Counted from the first letter of the stretch, positions 28,601-38,405 are shown. The stretch: 64,000 nucleotides of DNA from an uncultured Clostridium sp. (GCA_945949485.1 CAMFER010000003.1:605-64604), one strand, 5' to 3'. Notes: generated from the sequence alone by a model not told the origin. A program made the numbers and translations.

Positions 28601-30775
28601 TATATGAAAGATATGGACACAAATAAAGTATGGTCATTAGGACTGAATCCAAAACCAGATGATAGAAATTATAATATTGTATATGGGTTTGGATATTGTA
28701 AATATATTCATAGCAGTTGTGGAGTAGAACAAGAACTAAATATATTTGTACCTAGAGAAGATAGTTGTAAAATAGGTATTTTGACATTAAGAAATACAAC
28801 TCCAAATCATAAAAAATTCAAATTATATTATTATATAAAACCAGTATTAGAAGAAGATGAAATAAAATCTAATGGGTATATAAAAGCAAATTTTGATAGA
28901 AATAATAATGTAATAACTTTAAAAAACTTATATAGAAATGATTTAGAAAATACAGAAGTATATGTATCATCTAGTGAAAAAATAAAATCATTTACTTCTG
29001 ATAAACACTTCTTTTTAGGAAGAGGAGGAATATATAATCCAGATGGAATAAATAAGATAGAATTAAATAATGATAGTGGATTAGGGAAAGAATCTTGTAT
29101 AGCTTATGAAATTGAAATAGAATTAGACAGCTTTGAAAACAAGGAATTATCAATAGTACTAGGAGCAGAAGAAAAAACAATAGACAGCAAAAATATGGCA
29201 TATAAATATAATAAGGTTGCAAATTGTAAATATGAGCTAGAAAACACAAAAAAATATTGGAAAGAATTATTAGAAAGAGTACAAGTATATACACAGGTTG
29301 AATCAATAAATATATTAATGAATGGATGGTTAGCATATCAAACTATAGAAAGTAGATTATTAGGAAGAAGCGGATATTATCAATCAGGAGGAGCTTTTGG
29401 ATTTAGAGATCAATTACAAGATACATTTGGACTAAAATTTTTAGATTCACAATTATTAAAAAATCAAATAATAAAGCATAGCAAACACCAATTTAAAGAA
29501 GGAGATGTAGAACATTGGTGGCATGAAGAAACAAAAAGAGGAATAAGAACTAGATTTTCAGATGATTTATTATGGCTTGTATTTGCAACAATTGAATATA
29601 TTAATTTCACAGGTGATGAAAAGATATTAGAAGAGGTTACTCCATATTTAGAAGGAGAAATCTTGCAAGATGGAGTAGACGAAAAATATGACAGATATGA
29701 AGAAAGTAAAGATAGTGGAAGTATTTATGAACATTGTATAAAAGCAATAGATAGAAGTTTAAAATTTGGAAAAAATGGATTACCTAAAATAGGTTCTGGA
29801 GATTGGAATGATGGGTTTAGTACAGTAGGAAATAAAGGCAAAGGAGAAAGTATTTGGTTAGGATTTTTCCTATATTATATATTAGATAAATTTATACCAT
29901 ATATAGAAAAAAGAGAAAATGAAGATGCAGCAAAAAAATATATAGAGATAAAAGAAAAACTAAGAAAAGCGTTAAATGATAGAGGTTGGGATGGTAGATG
30001 GTATAAAAGAGCATATATGGATGATGGAAATGTACTAGGTAGCATAGAAAATGAAGAATGTAGAATAGATAGTATTGCTCAAAGTTGGAGTGTAATTTCA
30101 AATGCAGGTGATAATGATAAAAAATTTATATCTATGGAAAGCCTAGAAAATCATTTGATTGATAAAGAAAATGGAATTATAAAACTATTAGATCCTCCAT
30201 TTGAAAATGGAAAATTAGAACCAGGATATATAAAATCATATTTACCAGGAGTAAGAGAAAATGGTGGACAATACACACATGCTAGTTGTTGGGCAATAAT
30301 TGCAAATGCAATATTAGGATTTGGAGAAAAGGCATTTGAAATGTATAGAATGATAAATCCGATAGAGCATTCAAGAACAAAGGAAGCAAGTAATAAATAT
30401 AAAGTAGAACCTTATGTAATACCAGCAGATATATATGGAATAGGAAATTTAGCAGGAAGAGGAGGATGGACTTGGTATACAGGCTCAAGTAGCTGGTATT
30501 ATAAAGCAGGAATTGAATATATATTAGGTCTAAAAATAGAAAAAGGATATTTAAAAATAGAACCATGTATTCCAAGAGAGTGGAAAGAATATCAAATTCA
30601 ATATAAGTTAAAAGGAGCAACTTATAATATAAAAGTAAAAAATCCAAACGGAAAAAATACAATAGAAAAAGGAAAAAGTAAGATAATAATAAATGGACAA
30701 GAGAGTGAAGATGATAAAATAAAACTAGAAGAAAATGCTAGTGGAAAAATATATAATATTGAAATAATACTTTAA
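22639..30775 (+). pseudogene. Cyclic beta-1,2-glucan synthase-like giant protein (TM region + GT84 + GH94 phosphorylase-like), frame broken at 25942 (AGC C GGA)
   Basis: ITLDADTDL GT-A motif, STVDS|GNLVGYL across the break, and the GH94 signatures GSGDWNDG and RENGGQYTHA. TTG at 22639 after an AAGGAGTGG SD. Confidence 0.8.
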
Positions 30776-30784
30776 GAAACAATA

Positions 30785-30861
30785 AAACCACCAAAGAAAT
30801 GTAACACGAAAATTGTCGAAATATATAAAAAGACAATTAAGCGACATTTCTTGGTGGCTTT
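30785..30861. terminator. Nested hairpin / bidirectional terminator between convergent genes
   Basis: The outer stem AAACCACCAAAGAAATGT / ACATTTCTTGGTGGCTTT encloses the inner stem AATTGTC / GACAATT. Confidence 0.6.
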
Positions 30862-31646
30862 TAAATATCATAAAAATTTTTAAATTCATAGCCATTACTT
30901 TTTAAATAATCAATTGATTCTTTAAGGATATCTGTTGTTTTATTTACATCATTAGTGTCATGCATAAGTATTACTAAAGTACCTTTGTTTTTAGAAGTTT
31001 TTTTCAAATTATTTAATAATTCATAATTTGAATACTTTTTTTCAGAATCTTTATTAAGACAATTCCAATCTATATATGCATAATTAATTTCATTTAAATA
31101 AATAGCAGCTTTTTGCTTTTGTGACTTATTATTTGAGGACATATAACCATTAGGAAATCTAAATATATGTGATGAATAATTGGGTATTTCTAAGGCTTCA
31201 GCTATAGCTAAATCCGTATTTTTAATTTCTGATATAAAGTTTTCTTTACTTGAATAAAGTTTTTTATTATTATGACTATATCCATGATTTGCAATAAAAT
31301 GTCCTTCTTCATATTCTCTTTTAACAATATCAGGATTTTCTTTTACATGTTTTCCTACAACAAAAAAAGATGCTTTAACATTTTCCTCTTTTAATATATC
31401 TAAAATTTTAGGAGTAGCTTTTGTTGTTGGACCATCATCAAAAGTAAGGTATGCATATTTTTCTTTTTGTTTTGTTAGGTTTTGTATTTTAGAAGTAAAA
31501 TCATCATCATTTGATAATAAAGTAGTACTATAGTTTGTTATCTCAAAACTGTATGAAAAATAAATAAAAAACAATGTAAAAGAAAATAATATGGTAAAAA
31601 AAGAGATTTGCAATATTGTTTTTTTTCGTATAACAAAAAATTTCAT
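30861..31646 (-). CDS. Polysaccharide deacetylase family protein (peptidoglycan GlcNAc deacetylase-like)
   Basis: YLTFDDGPT..ASFFVVG..HFIANHGYSHN NodB motifs with an N-terminal anchor. Confidence 0.85.
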   Translation of the reverse strand: MKFFVIRKKTILQISFFTILFSFTLFFIYFSYSFEITNYSTTLLSNDDDFTSKIQNLTKQKEKYAYLTFDDGPTTKATPKILDILKEENVKASFFVVGKHVKENPDIVKREYEEGHFIANHGYSHNNKKLYSSKENFISEIKNTDLAIAEALEIPNYSSHIFRFPNGYMSSNNKSQKQKAAIYLNEINYAYIDWNCLNKDSEKKYSNYELLNNLKKTSKNKGTLVILMHDTNDVNKTTDILKESIDYLKSNGYEFKNFYDI

Positions 31647-31722
31647 ATTTCCTCCATTATAAGTAATATATGAAGAAAATATGAAAATGATGTATATAAA
31701 GTATTAATTATAAAATTACATA

Positions 31723-32412
31723 TTATTCTAGTATTGAGTTAGCTTGTTCTTCAGTTATATATCCATATTCTACCATCTTATTTAAAACATGTTCATGTCT
31801 TTTAAGGGCTAAATCAGGATTAACATTTGGAGAATAGACTGAAGGAGCATTAGGAATTCCAGCTAGCATGCTTGCTTCATCTAATGTTAAATCTATTGGT
31901 TCTTTATTATAATATCCCATACTTGCGGAATATATTCCATAGTATCCATCACCAAAATATGCAGAATTAACGTATAACGCTAAAATTTCATCTTTAGAAT
32001 AATTTTCTTCTAAGTCATATGCCGCAAAGAGTTCACCCATTTTTCTTTCAACAGTTTCTTCTTGTGAAAATACTATATTTTTTGCAAGTTGCTGAGTAAT
32101 AGTACTTCCACCTTCTTGAAGTTCAAAGTTTTTCAAATTTATCCAAAGAGCCCTTACAATTGCGATTGGATCTATAGCTCCATGTTCATAATACCTATGG
32201 TCTTCTACAGCGACAACAGCATTTACATAGTCTTCAGATAAATCTTCAAAAGCAACGAAGTTTTCCATTTGCGTGATTTCTTTTACTCTTAGCTCCAAGG
32301 ATTCTTCTCTGATTGCATTTGAATAACTATTATATCCTATAAATAATAATAGTGTAGTTCCAATAATTAATATTATTAAAATAAAAATTATTAATTTTTT
32401 AAAAATTTTCAT
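31723..32412 (-). CDS. Monofunctional peptidoglycan glycosyltransferase (GT51)
   Basis: AVVAVEDHRYYEHGAIDP and GGSTITQQLAKN motifs, 229 aa, N-terminal anchor. Confidence 0.85.
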   Translation of the reverse strand: MKIFKKLIIFILIILIIGTTLLLFIGYNSYSNAIREESLELRVKEITQMENFVAFEDLSEDYVNAVVAVEDHRYYEHGAIDPIAIVRALWINLKNFELQEGGSTITQQLAKNIVFSQEETVERKMGELFAAYDLEENYSKDEILALYVNSAYFGDGYYGIYSASMGYYNKEPIDLTLDEASMLAGIPNAPSVYSPNVNPDLALKRHEHVLNKMVEYGYITEEQANSILE

Positions 32413-32534
32413 AATTACCTCTCTATTCTTTTTTATAATTATATATGAAAAATAAAGTTAAATAAAGAGAATTCATAAAAAATTAATATATAATTAACAA
32501 AAAATCCAAATACAAAAATTTGTTTTGTTTTTAC

Positions 32535-32563
32535 TTGACTTTTATCCCATTAATTTATATAAT
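32535..32563 (+). promoter_or_regulatory. Consensus sigma-A promoter for the HD-domain gene
   Basis: TTGACT (32535-32540), 17-nt spacer, TATAAT (32558-32563). Confidence 0.65.
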
Positions 32564-32595
32564 TGTCACATAAAAAATATAAGATGGGTGATAAA

Positions 32596-33150
32596 ATGAA
32601 AGAAGAATTTTTAGAATTATTAAGAAAAGTAAAAAGAGAAGGAATAGATGATTTAATTGCTTTTTTGGAAAAATCAGATTTTTTTAAAGCTCCAGCAAGC
32701 ACAAGATTCCATGGGAATTTTGAAGGTGGACTTGTAGAACATAGTTTAAAAGTATATGAGATTTTAAAACATAAAGTCGAAAATAATATAAAAGGTATAA
32801 CTATTCCAGAAGAATCAATAATAATAATAGGATTATTACACGATATCTGTAAAACAAACTTTTATAAAACAGATTATAGAAATGCAAAAAATGCTTTGGG
32901 AGTATGGGAAAAAGTTCCATATTATACAGTAGAAGATACTATACCTTATGGACATGGAGAAAAATCAGTTATGATGATAACTGAATATATGAAACTAACA
33001 CCTGAAGAAAAATATTCAATAAGATGGCATATGGGGTATACAGAGCCAAAAGAAAACTATAATGCAATAGGTGCAACATATACAAAATATCCAATTGCAC
33101 TATTAACACATGAAGCAGATTTAGAAGCAACATATTTTTATAATATTTAG
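32596..33150 (+). CDS. HD-domain phosphohydrolase family protein
   Basis: STRFHGNFEGGLVEHSL..LLHDICK. ATG at 32596 after a GGGTGA SD, downstream of the promoter. Confidence 0.7.
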   Translation: MKEEFLELLRKVKREGIDDLIAFLEKSDFFKAPASTRFHGNFEGGLVEHSLKVYEILKHKVENNIKGITIPEESIIIIGLLHDICKTNFYKTDYRNAKNALGVWEKVPYYTVEDTIPYGHGEKSVMMITEYMKLTPEEKYSIRWHMGYTEPKENYNAIGATYTKYPIALLTHEADLEATYFYNI

Positions 33151-33198
33151 AAAATATAAAAAATACAAAATAAAAAGATAAAAGGAAGGAAATACAAA

Positions 33199-33834
33199 AT
33201 GTTAGCATATATAAAAGGTACATTAGAAATGAAGACGACAGGATATATAGTAATTGATGTTGGGGGATTAGGATATAAAGTATATATGTCAGATTCAGCA
33301 ATAGAGAAATTAGGAAACATAGGAGAAGTTATAAAAGTTCATACATTTTATAGAGTGAGAGAAGATGATATTAGCATATTTGGATTTAATACTTTAGAAG
33401 AACTTAGAATGTTTGAATTATTAATAGGAGTAAGTGGAGTAGGAGCAAAAACAGCTTTAGTAATGTTAACAGTATATGAGCCATCAGAATTTGCATTAGC
33501 TATAATTTCAGAAGATGTGAAAATGTTAACTGCAATTCCAGGAATAGGACCAAAGTCAGCTAAAAGAATAATATTAGAATTAAAAGATAAGATAAAACAA
33601 GAAGAACAAATAAATGAATTATCAAAAGCATCAAAGAATATGGAAGTTAGCTCAAAAGTAAAACAAGCTTTGGAAATAGATAATAAAATATCAGAAGCAG
33701 TAGCAGCACTACAAGTTCTAGGATATAACAGAAAAGAAATTGAAAAATGCTTTGAAAAAATAGCTAATATAAATGAATTTACAACAGAAGATTTAATTAA
33801 AAAAGGTTTAACTTTGTTATCAATGAAAAATTAA
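33199..33834 (+). CDS. ruvA: Holliday junction branch migration complex subunit RuvA
   Basis: MLAYIKGTLE..GLGYKVYMS, and the HhH motifs GVSGVGAKTAL and IPGIGPKSAKRI. Confidence 0.92.
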   Translation: MLAYIKGTLEMKTTGYIVIDVGGLGYKVYMSDSAIEKLGNIGEVIKVHTFYRVREDDISIFGFNTLEELRMFELLIGVSGVGAKTALVMLTVYEPSEFALAIISEDVKMLTAIPGIGPKSAKRIILELKDKIKQEEQINELSKASKNMEVSSKVKQALEIDNKISEAVAALQVLGYNRKEIEKCFEKIANINEFTTEDLIKKGLTLLSMKN

Positions 33835-33847
33835 GGAAGAGTGAAAA

Positions 33848-35117
33848 ATGAATAGTAATGAACCATTAGCATTTAGAATGAGACCAAAAACTCTAGAAGA
33901 ATATGTTGGTCAAGAACATGTACTTGGAAAAGACAAGATATTATATAGAACTATTAAAGCAGATAGATTATCAAGCATTATTTTGTTTGGACCTCCAGGA
34001 TGTGGAAAAACATCACTTGCTAGAGTAATTAGTGAAACAACAAAATATAAATTTTATAAATTAAATGCAGTAACATCAGGAGTTTCTGATATAAAGAAAG
34101 TAATAGAAGAAACCAAGAATTTTATGCTTAATCCTACAGGAAAAAGTATATTATTTATAGATGAGATACATAGATTCAATAAATTACAACAAGATGCATT
34201 GCTTCCATTTGTAGAAAATGGAACTATAATATTAATAGGTGCAACAACAGAAAATCCATATTTTGAAGTGAATAAAGCTTTAATTTCAAGATCTATGGTT
34301 ATAAAATTAAATCCATTAACACAAGATGATATTTACAAGATTTTAAAAAATGCCTTAGAAAGAAAAGATGGACTTCGGAGAGTATAATATTAAAATTGAA
34401 GATGAAACTTTAAGAAAATTAGCAATAATAAGTAATGGAGATGTAAGAACAGCTTTAAATGGATTGGAAGTTGCAGTGCTTACTACAAATATGGAAGAAG
34501 ACGGATATATTCATATTACAGATGAAGTAATAAAAAATAGTGTGCAAAGTAGAAAAGCTATTTTTGATAAAAATGGAGAATCACACTATGACAATATAAG
34601 TGCAATGATAAAATCAATGAGAGGTTCTGATCCAGATGCAGCAGTATTTTATTTAGCTAGAGCATTAAATGGAGGAGAAGACCCAATGTTTTTAGCAAGA
34701 AGAATTGTAATTTGTGCTTCTGAAGATGTTGGTATGGCAAATCCAAATGCTTTAGTTGTAGCAAATAGTGCAATGCAAGCTGTACATATGGTTGGTATGC
34801 CTGAGGCAAGAATAATTCTTGCAGAAGCTGCGATTTATGTAGCTACTTCAAATAAATCTAATGCTAGTTATTTAGCAATTAATGAAGCATTAGAAGATGT
34901 TAAAAACAAAGAAACTGGTGAAGTACCAATGCACATTAGAAATGCACCAATTGAAAAAATGAAAGAACTAGGATATCATGAAGGATATAAATACCCACAT
35001 GATTTCCCAAATCATTATGTTGAACAACAATATTTACCTGATGAGATGGCTGGAACAAAATATTATAATCCAAATAACAATGAAGTAAATCAGGAAAATA
35101 TAAGAAATAAAAGCTAG
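33848..35117 (+). pseudogene. rarA: Replication-associated recombination protein A (RarA/MgsA), frame broken at 34376 (CTT C GGA)
   Basis: Walker A GPPGCGKTS and FIDEIHRFNK. Skipping C34376 joins ..LERKDGL|GEYNIKIEDETLRKLAIISNGDVRTALN. Confidence 0.85.
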
Positions 35118-35155
35118 AAAAAATTTAAAAATGAATAAAATATAAAGAAATGGAG

Positions 35156-35180
35156 AACCTACTAAAAAAGTAGGTTTTTT
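35156..35180 (+). terminator. Intrinsic terminator after rarA
   Basis: AACCTACT / AGTAGGTT stem followed by TTTTTT. Confidence 0.7.
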
Positions 35181-35183
35181 ATT

Positions 35184-35531
35184 ATGTTAAAAAAAGGGAT
35201 AATTGGAATTTTAGCTGGGATAATTAGTGGTTTGTTTGGAGCAGGTGGAGGTATGATACTTGTTCCTGCATTTATACATTTACTTGGGATAGATGATGTA
35301 AAATCTAGAGGAACATCAGTATTTTGTATTTTACCAATGGTTATAACAAGTAGTATATTTTATTATGAAAATAATTATATAGATTTTAAAGTTGCAATTT
35401 TTTGTGCTATGGGTGGAGCAGTAGGAGGATTTATAGGTGCGAGATTATTAAAAAAAGTTCCTGTTAAATTTTTAAAAATAGCATTTACAATTTTTTTAAT
35501 ATATATTTCATATAAAATGATATTTACTTAG
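35184..35531 (+). CDS. TSUP (TauE/SafE) family half-size membrane protein
   Basis: GILAGIISGLFGAGGGMILVP signature, 115 aa, about 4 TM segments. Confidence 0.7.
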   Translation: MLKKGIIGILAGIISGLFGAGGGMILVPAFIHLLGIDDVKSRGTSVFCILPMVITSSIFYYENNYIDFKVAIFCAMGGAVGGFIGARLLKKVPVKFLKIAFTIFLIYISYKMIFT

Positions 35532-35552
35532 ATAAGAATAAAGGATGATAAA

Positions 35553-35954
35553 ATGATAGAAATTTTAATTGGTATCTTATCTGGAATCATAAGTGGAGCT
35601 GGTATGGGAGGAGGAACTGTTTTAATTTTCCTTCTAACATTTATATTAGGTATAGAGCAACACATTGCTCAAGCTACAAATCTAATATTTTTTGTTCCAA
35701 CTTCAATTGTTGCAATAATTGTTAATTTTAGAAATAAGAATATAGATTTAAAAACAGGATTACTAATTTCTGTATTTGGTATCTTAGGAGCTATAATCGG
35801 AGCAAATATTGCTATTAAAATAAATGTCAATTTTCTAAGAAAAGCATTTGGAGTGTTCCTAGCATTTGTTGCAATAAATGAGATTAATTCTATTATAAAA
35901 TTGTATAAAAAACAAGATAAGAGAGATAATAATATTGAAAGAAAAAGGACATAG
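35553..35954 (+). CDS. TSUP (TauE/SafE) family half-size membrane protein, second half
   Basis: GILSGIISGAGMGGGTVLIF signature, with its own AAGGATGA SD and ATG. Confidence 0.7.
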   Translation: MIEILIGILSGIISGAGMGGGTVLIFLLTFILGIEQHIAQATNLIFFVPTSIVAIIVNFRNKNIDLKTGLLISVFGILGAIIGANIAIKINVNFLRKAFGVFLAFVAINEINSIIKLYKKQDKRDNNIERKRT

Positions 35955-35979
35955 CAAAATTAAACGGAGGTGAAAAAAC

Positions 35980-36123
35980 ATGAAATTCATAAAAGGAATG
36001 TTAATAGGAGGGCTTATTACAACAGGAATTGTTGTAATGTATGCAGAATCAACAGGCATGATGAATAAAAAGAAAATGATGAAAAAAGGAAAACAAGTTG
36101 CAAAGAAAATGGGAGTAATATAA
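35980..36123 (+). CDS. Small membrane protein (47 aa), below the ORF-track cutoff
   Basis: GGAGGTG SD 7 nt upstream. MKFIKGMLIGGLITTGIVVMYAE, then a basic tail. A terminator follows directly. Confidence 0.5.
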   Translation: MKFIKGMLIGGLITTGIVVMYAESTGMMNKKKMMKKGKQVAKKMGVI

Positions 36124-36152
36124 ATAAGTGAGGATAATCCTCACTTATTTTC
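36123..36152. terminator. Bidirectional terminator
   Basis: AATAAGTGAGGA-TAA-TCCTCACTTATT perfect stem followed by TTTT. It overlaps the stop of the convergent gene. Confidence 0.8.
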
Positions 36153-36590
36153 GTTACAGCAATTTTCATCTTTTTTTGAAACATCATCTTTGTTATCTAA
36201 ATAACAATCGCATTTATCATGTTTATCACCTTTTAAACATTTGCCTTCATGATGACATTTTGCACATATTTTAATTTTCTTTGTATCATTTACCCATATT
36301 TGAACAGCATATTCTCTTCCTGGGCAAAGAGGACCAAAAACAAATTCCCCATCTTTATCTGTAAATGTATGACCAACAGGTCTTCTTTCCTCTTTTCCAT
36401 CCTTACAAACTATTTCAACTAATTTAACAACTGCATCACATACAGGTTCTTTAAAACAATTTTTTACTACACCATATATTACATCTCTATTATCTTCTGG
36501 TAAAGTTATATCTAAATCAAATTGTTTACCACCAGAAATAACACCATCTACATCTAATATAGGGCATACAGGTTTATTGTTCATTTCCAT
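36141..36590 (-). CDS. Hypothetical protein with a carboxypeptidase-regulatory-like beta domain and a Cys/His/Lys-rich tail
   Basis: VKLVEIVCKDGKEERRPVGHTFTDKDGEFVFGPLCPGREYAVQIW, then CAKCHHEGKCLKGDKHDKCDC..CC. Confidence 0.5.
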   Translation of the reverse strand: MEMNNKPVCPILDVDGVISGGKQFDLDITLPEDNRDVIYGVVKNCFKEPVCDAVVKLVEIVCKDGKEERRPVGHTFTDKDGEFVFGPLCPGREYAVQIWVNDTKKIKICAKCHHEGKCLKGDKHDKCDCYLDNKDDVSKKDENCCNENK

Positions 36591-36803
36591 ATAAATCATC
36601 CTTTCTAAATTACAACACTGAAGTTGTTTAATATATAATATGAAAAAAATACATAATGTTGAAAGAAAAATATTTATTGTGGATAATAAATTAATATGGT
36701 ATAATATGAATATAAAGGAGGCTTTAGTTTGAAAGAAATAATTATAAAAATAAAAGCAAAATAAAGAAAAAAGGCATAGTGCCCCCTTACCCTAGAAATT
36801 GAG

Positions 36804-38096
36804 TTATATAACGGGAGTGGATTCTGATATTTTAGATGTTATAAATTCTTGTAATTCATCAATTGTTAATCCAAGTGATAGTAGTTGTTTTGTAGATTGC
36901 ATAAAATTATTTTTAGTAAATTTAATTTTATCTTTATCAGTAGTTTCAACCTTTGAAGCATCACTAGGATTAAATAATTCACCAGTTGAAAGCATGTGGT
37001 AAATAGCAACTAATATTTTTCTTGCAATAGCAATATAGGCACGTTTCTTGCCTCTTCGTTTAGAAATTAAATTAAATTTCTTAGCATAATAATCATTACT
37101 TTTATCTTTTACTGCACAGTGAGCAACTTCAACAAGTGCAGGTTTAAGATAAACACCAGCTCGAGAAATTTTAACTGATTTCTTTTTACCAGCAGATTCA
37201 TTGCAACCAAGTGCAAGACCTGCCCAAGAGGCTAAACGATAATGAGAAGAAAATTGACTCATATCTGTACCAATTTCAGAGATAATTGTTATTGCAGATT
37301 TACGGTCAATACCAGGAATAGAACATAAAAGATTAATAGCACTTTCATAAGGTGCAACAATAGAATCAATTATTTCTCTTACAGATTTAATTGCTTTATC
37401 CAAGTAATCAATATGTTCTTGAATGATATTCATACGTTGCTTTTGAGCTGTTTCCCAAGATATTCCATTTATAGAATTAAAAATATCTTCATTAGATGAT
37501 TTACAATGTTTATCAATATTTTTTAAAATATCCTCGTCATCATACTCATTTTGTGATAAAATAGTATTGATGATAGCAGAAGATGATTTGCCAAAAATAT
37601 CAGAGAAAACCATATCTAATTTGCAATTACCAACAGTAAGAGCATTTGTAAATCTGTTCTTTTCTGAGGTACGCATATTGGTTAATTTGTAAAGATATCG
37701 TGTAAGTTCTCTAAGGATTCTAATATCTTTGTTTGGAATAAAACTGCTACGTACTATTCCAAGTTTAAAAAGATCAGCAATCCATTTGGCATCTTTGTTA
37801 TCATCTTTTTCGCCTTTAATACAAGCAACCCATTTAGGATTAGCAACGACGACATTAGAGATATGACCTTCTAATGCATTGTATACAGGAACATAATATT
37901 TTCCGGTAGATTCCATGCATACATTCTGACAATCGTTAGCTAATAACCAATTTCTAAATTCAATTAGAGAATTGTTAAAGGTAGAAAAACGCTTACGAAG
38001 ATATTGAGGTTTGACGGAAGTAGAGTCACAAATGACAGCTACTATAAATGATTTGTGTACGTCAACACCACAAGCTTTAGGATAAATAACTTCCAT
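36804..38096 (-). CDS. IS110-family transposase/recombinase
   Basis: N-terminus MEVIYPKACGVDVHKSFIVAVI (DEDD/RuvC-like), and a C-terminal Tnp domain ..SIPGIDRKSAITIISEIG..LASWAGLALG..SAGK. Confidence 0.92.
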   Translation of the reverse strand: MEVIYPKACGVDVHKSFIVAVICDSTSVKPQYLRKRFSTFNNSLIEFRNWLLANDCQNVCMESTGKYYVPVYNALEGHISNVVVANPKWVACIKGEKDDNKDAKWIADLFKLGIVRSSFIPNKDIRILRELTRYLYKLTNMRTSEKNRFTNALTVGNCKLDMVFSDIFGKSSSAIINTILSQNEYDDEDILKNIDKHCKSSNEDIFNSINGISWETAQKQRMNIIQEHIDYLDKAIKSVREIIDSIVAPYESAINLLCSIPGIDRKSAITIISEIGTDMSQFSSHYRLASWAGLALGCNESAGKKKSVKISRAGVYLKPALVEVAHCAVKDKSNDYYAKKFNLISKRRGKKRAYIAIARKILVAIYHMLSTGELFNPSDASKVETTDKDKIKFTKNNFMQSTKQLLSLGLTIDELQEFITSKISESTPVI

Positions 38097-38099
38097 GAT

Positions 38100-38320
38100 A
38101 AAAATTCCTTTATATAATAAATTTTTAGGGAATAAAGGGACTGTGCAATTAACACTATAAAATAACTATCAGTCAATGATTAGTTTACAGCCTCAAGGGA
38201 CTACTTATGTGTGCTTGAAACAACTGCACTTGCACTGTTTAATATGCTGATTTAGTCTGTGAGTTACAGAAGTCTGCAACTCCTCCTACCGTACTTTGTA
38301 GTATATATACCCTTAAGGTA
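38100..38320 (-). ncRNA. Candidate IS110 bridge (seek) RNA in the transposase-upstream non-coding end
   Basis: About 220 nt non-coding and GC-richer, with local hairpins and a duplicated 8-mer AAGGGACT (38135-38142, 38195-38202). A minus-strand promoter is TTGAGC (38345-38350), 17 nt, TATAAT (38322-38327). Confidence 0.4.
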
Positions 38321-38405
38321 TATTATATAACGAAAATGCTTCAAGCTCAAGGCTTTCATTCCTATGTGTGCCTTTGAGCGAAGCGAGAAAGGAATGGAAT
38401 TTTTT

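Larger units (their letters stand above)
36770..38345 (-). mobile_element. IS110-family insertion sequence (boundaries approximate)
   Basis: Composition is locally GC-richer than the flanks. It contains a DEDD-type transposase and a long structured upstream non-coding end. I saw no terminal inverted repeats, as expected for IS110. Confidence 0.8.

Noticed and set aside
35532-35552. The TSUP gene pair as another frameshifted gene.
   Set aside because: There is a clean stop, a 21-nt spacer with an SD, and a new ATG. No CGG lies at the junction, and both halves begin with the family N-terminal motif.
38351-38400. The inverted repeat CATTCCT..AGGAATG just upstream of the DUF4190 gene as an IS terminal repeat.
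   Set aside because: No matching repeat exists at the other end of the element, and IS110-family elements generally lack terminal inverted repeats. More likely it is a local 5'-UTR hairpin or part of the insertion-site sequence.
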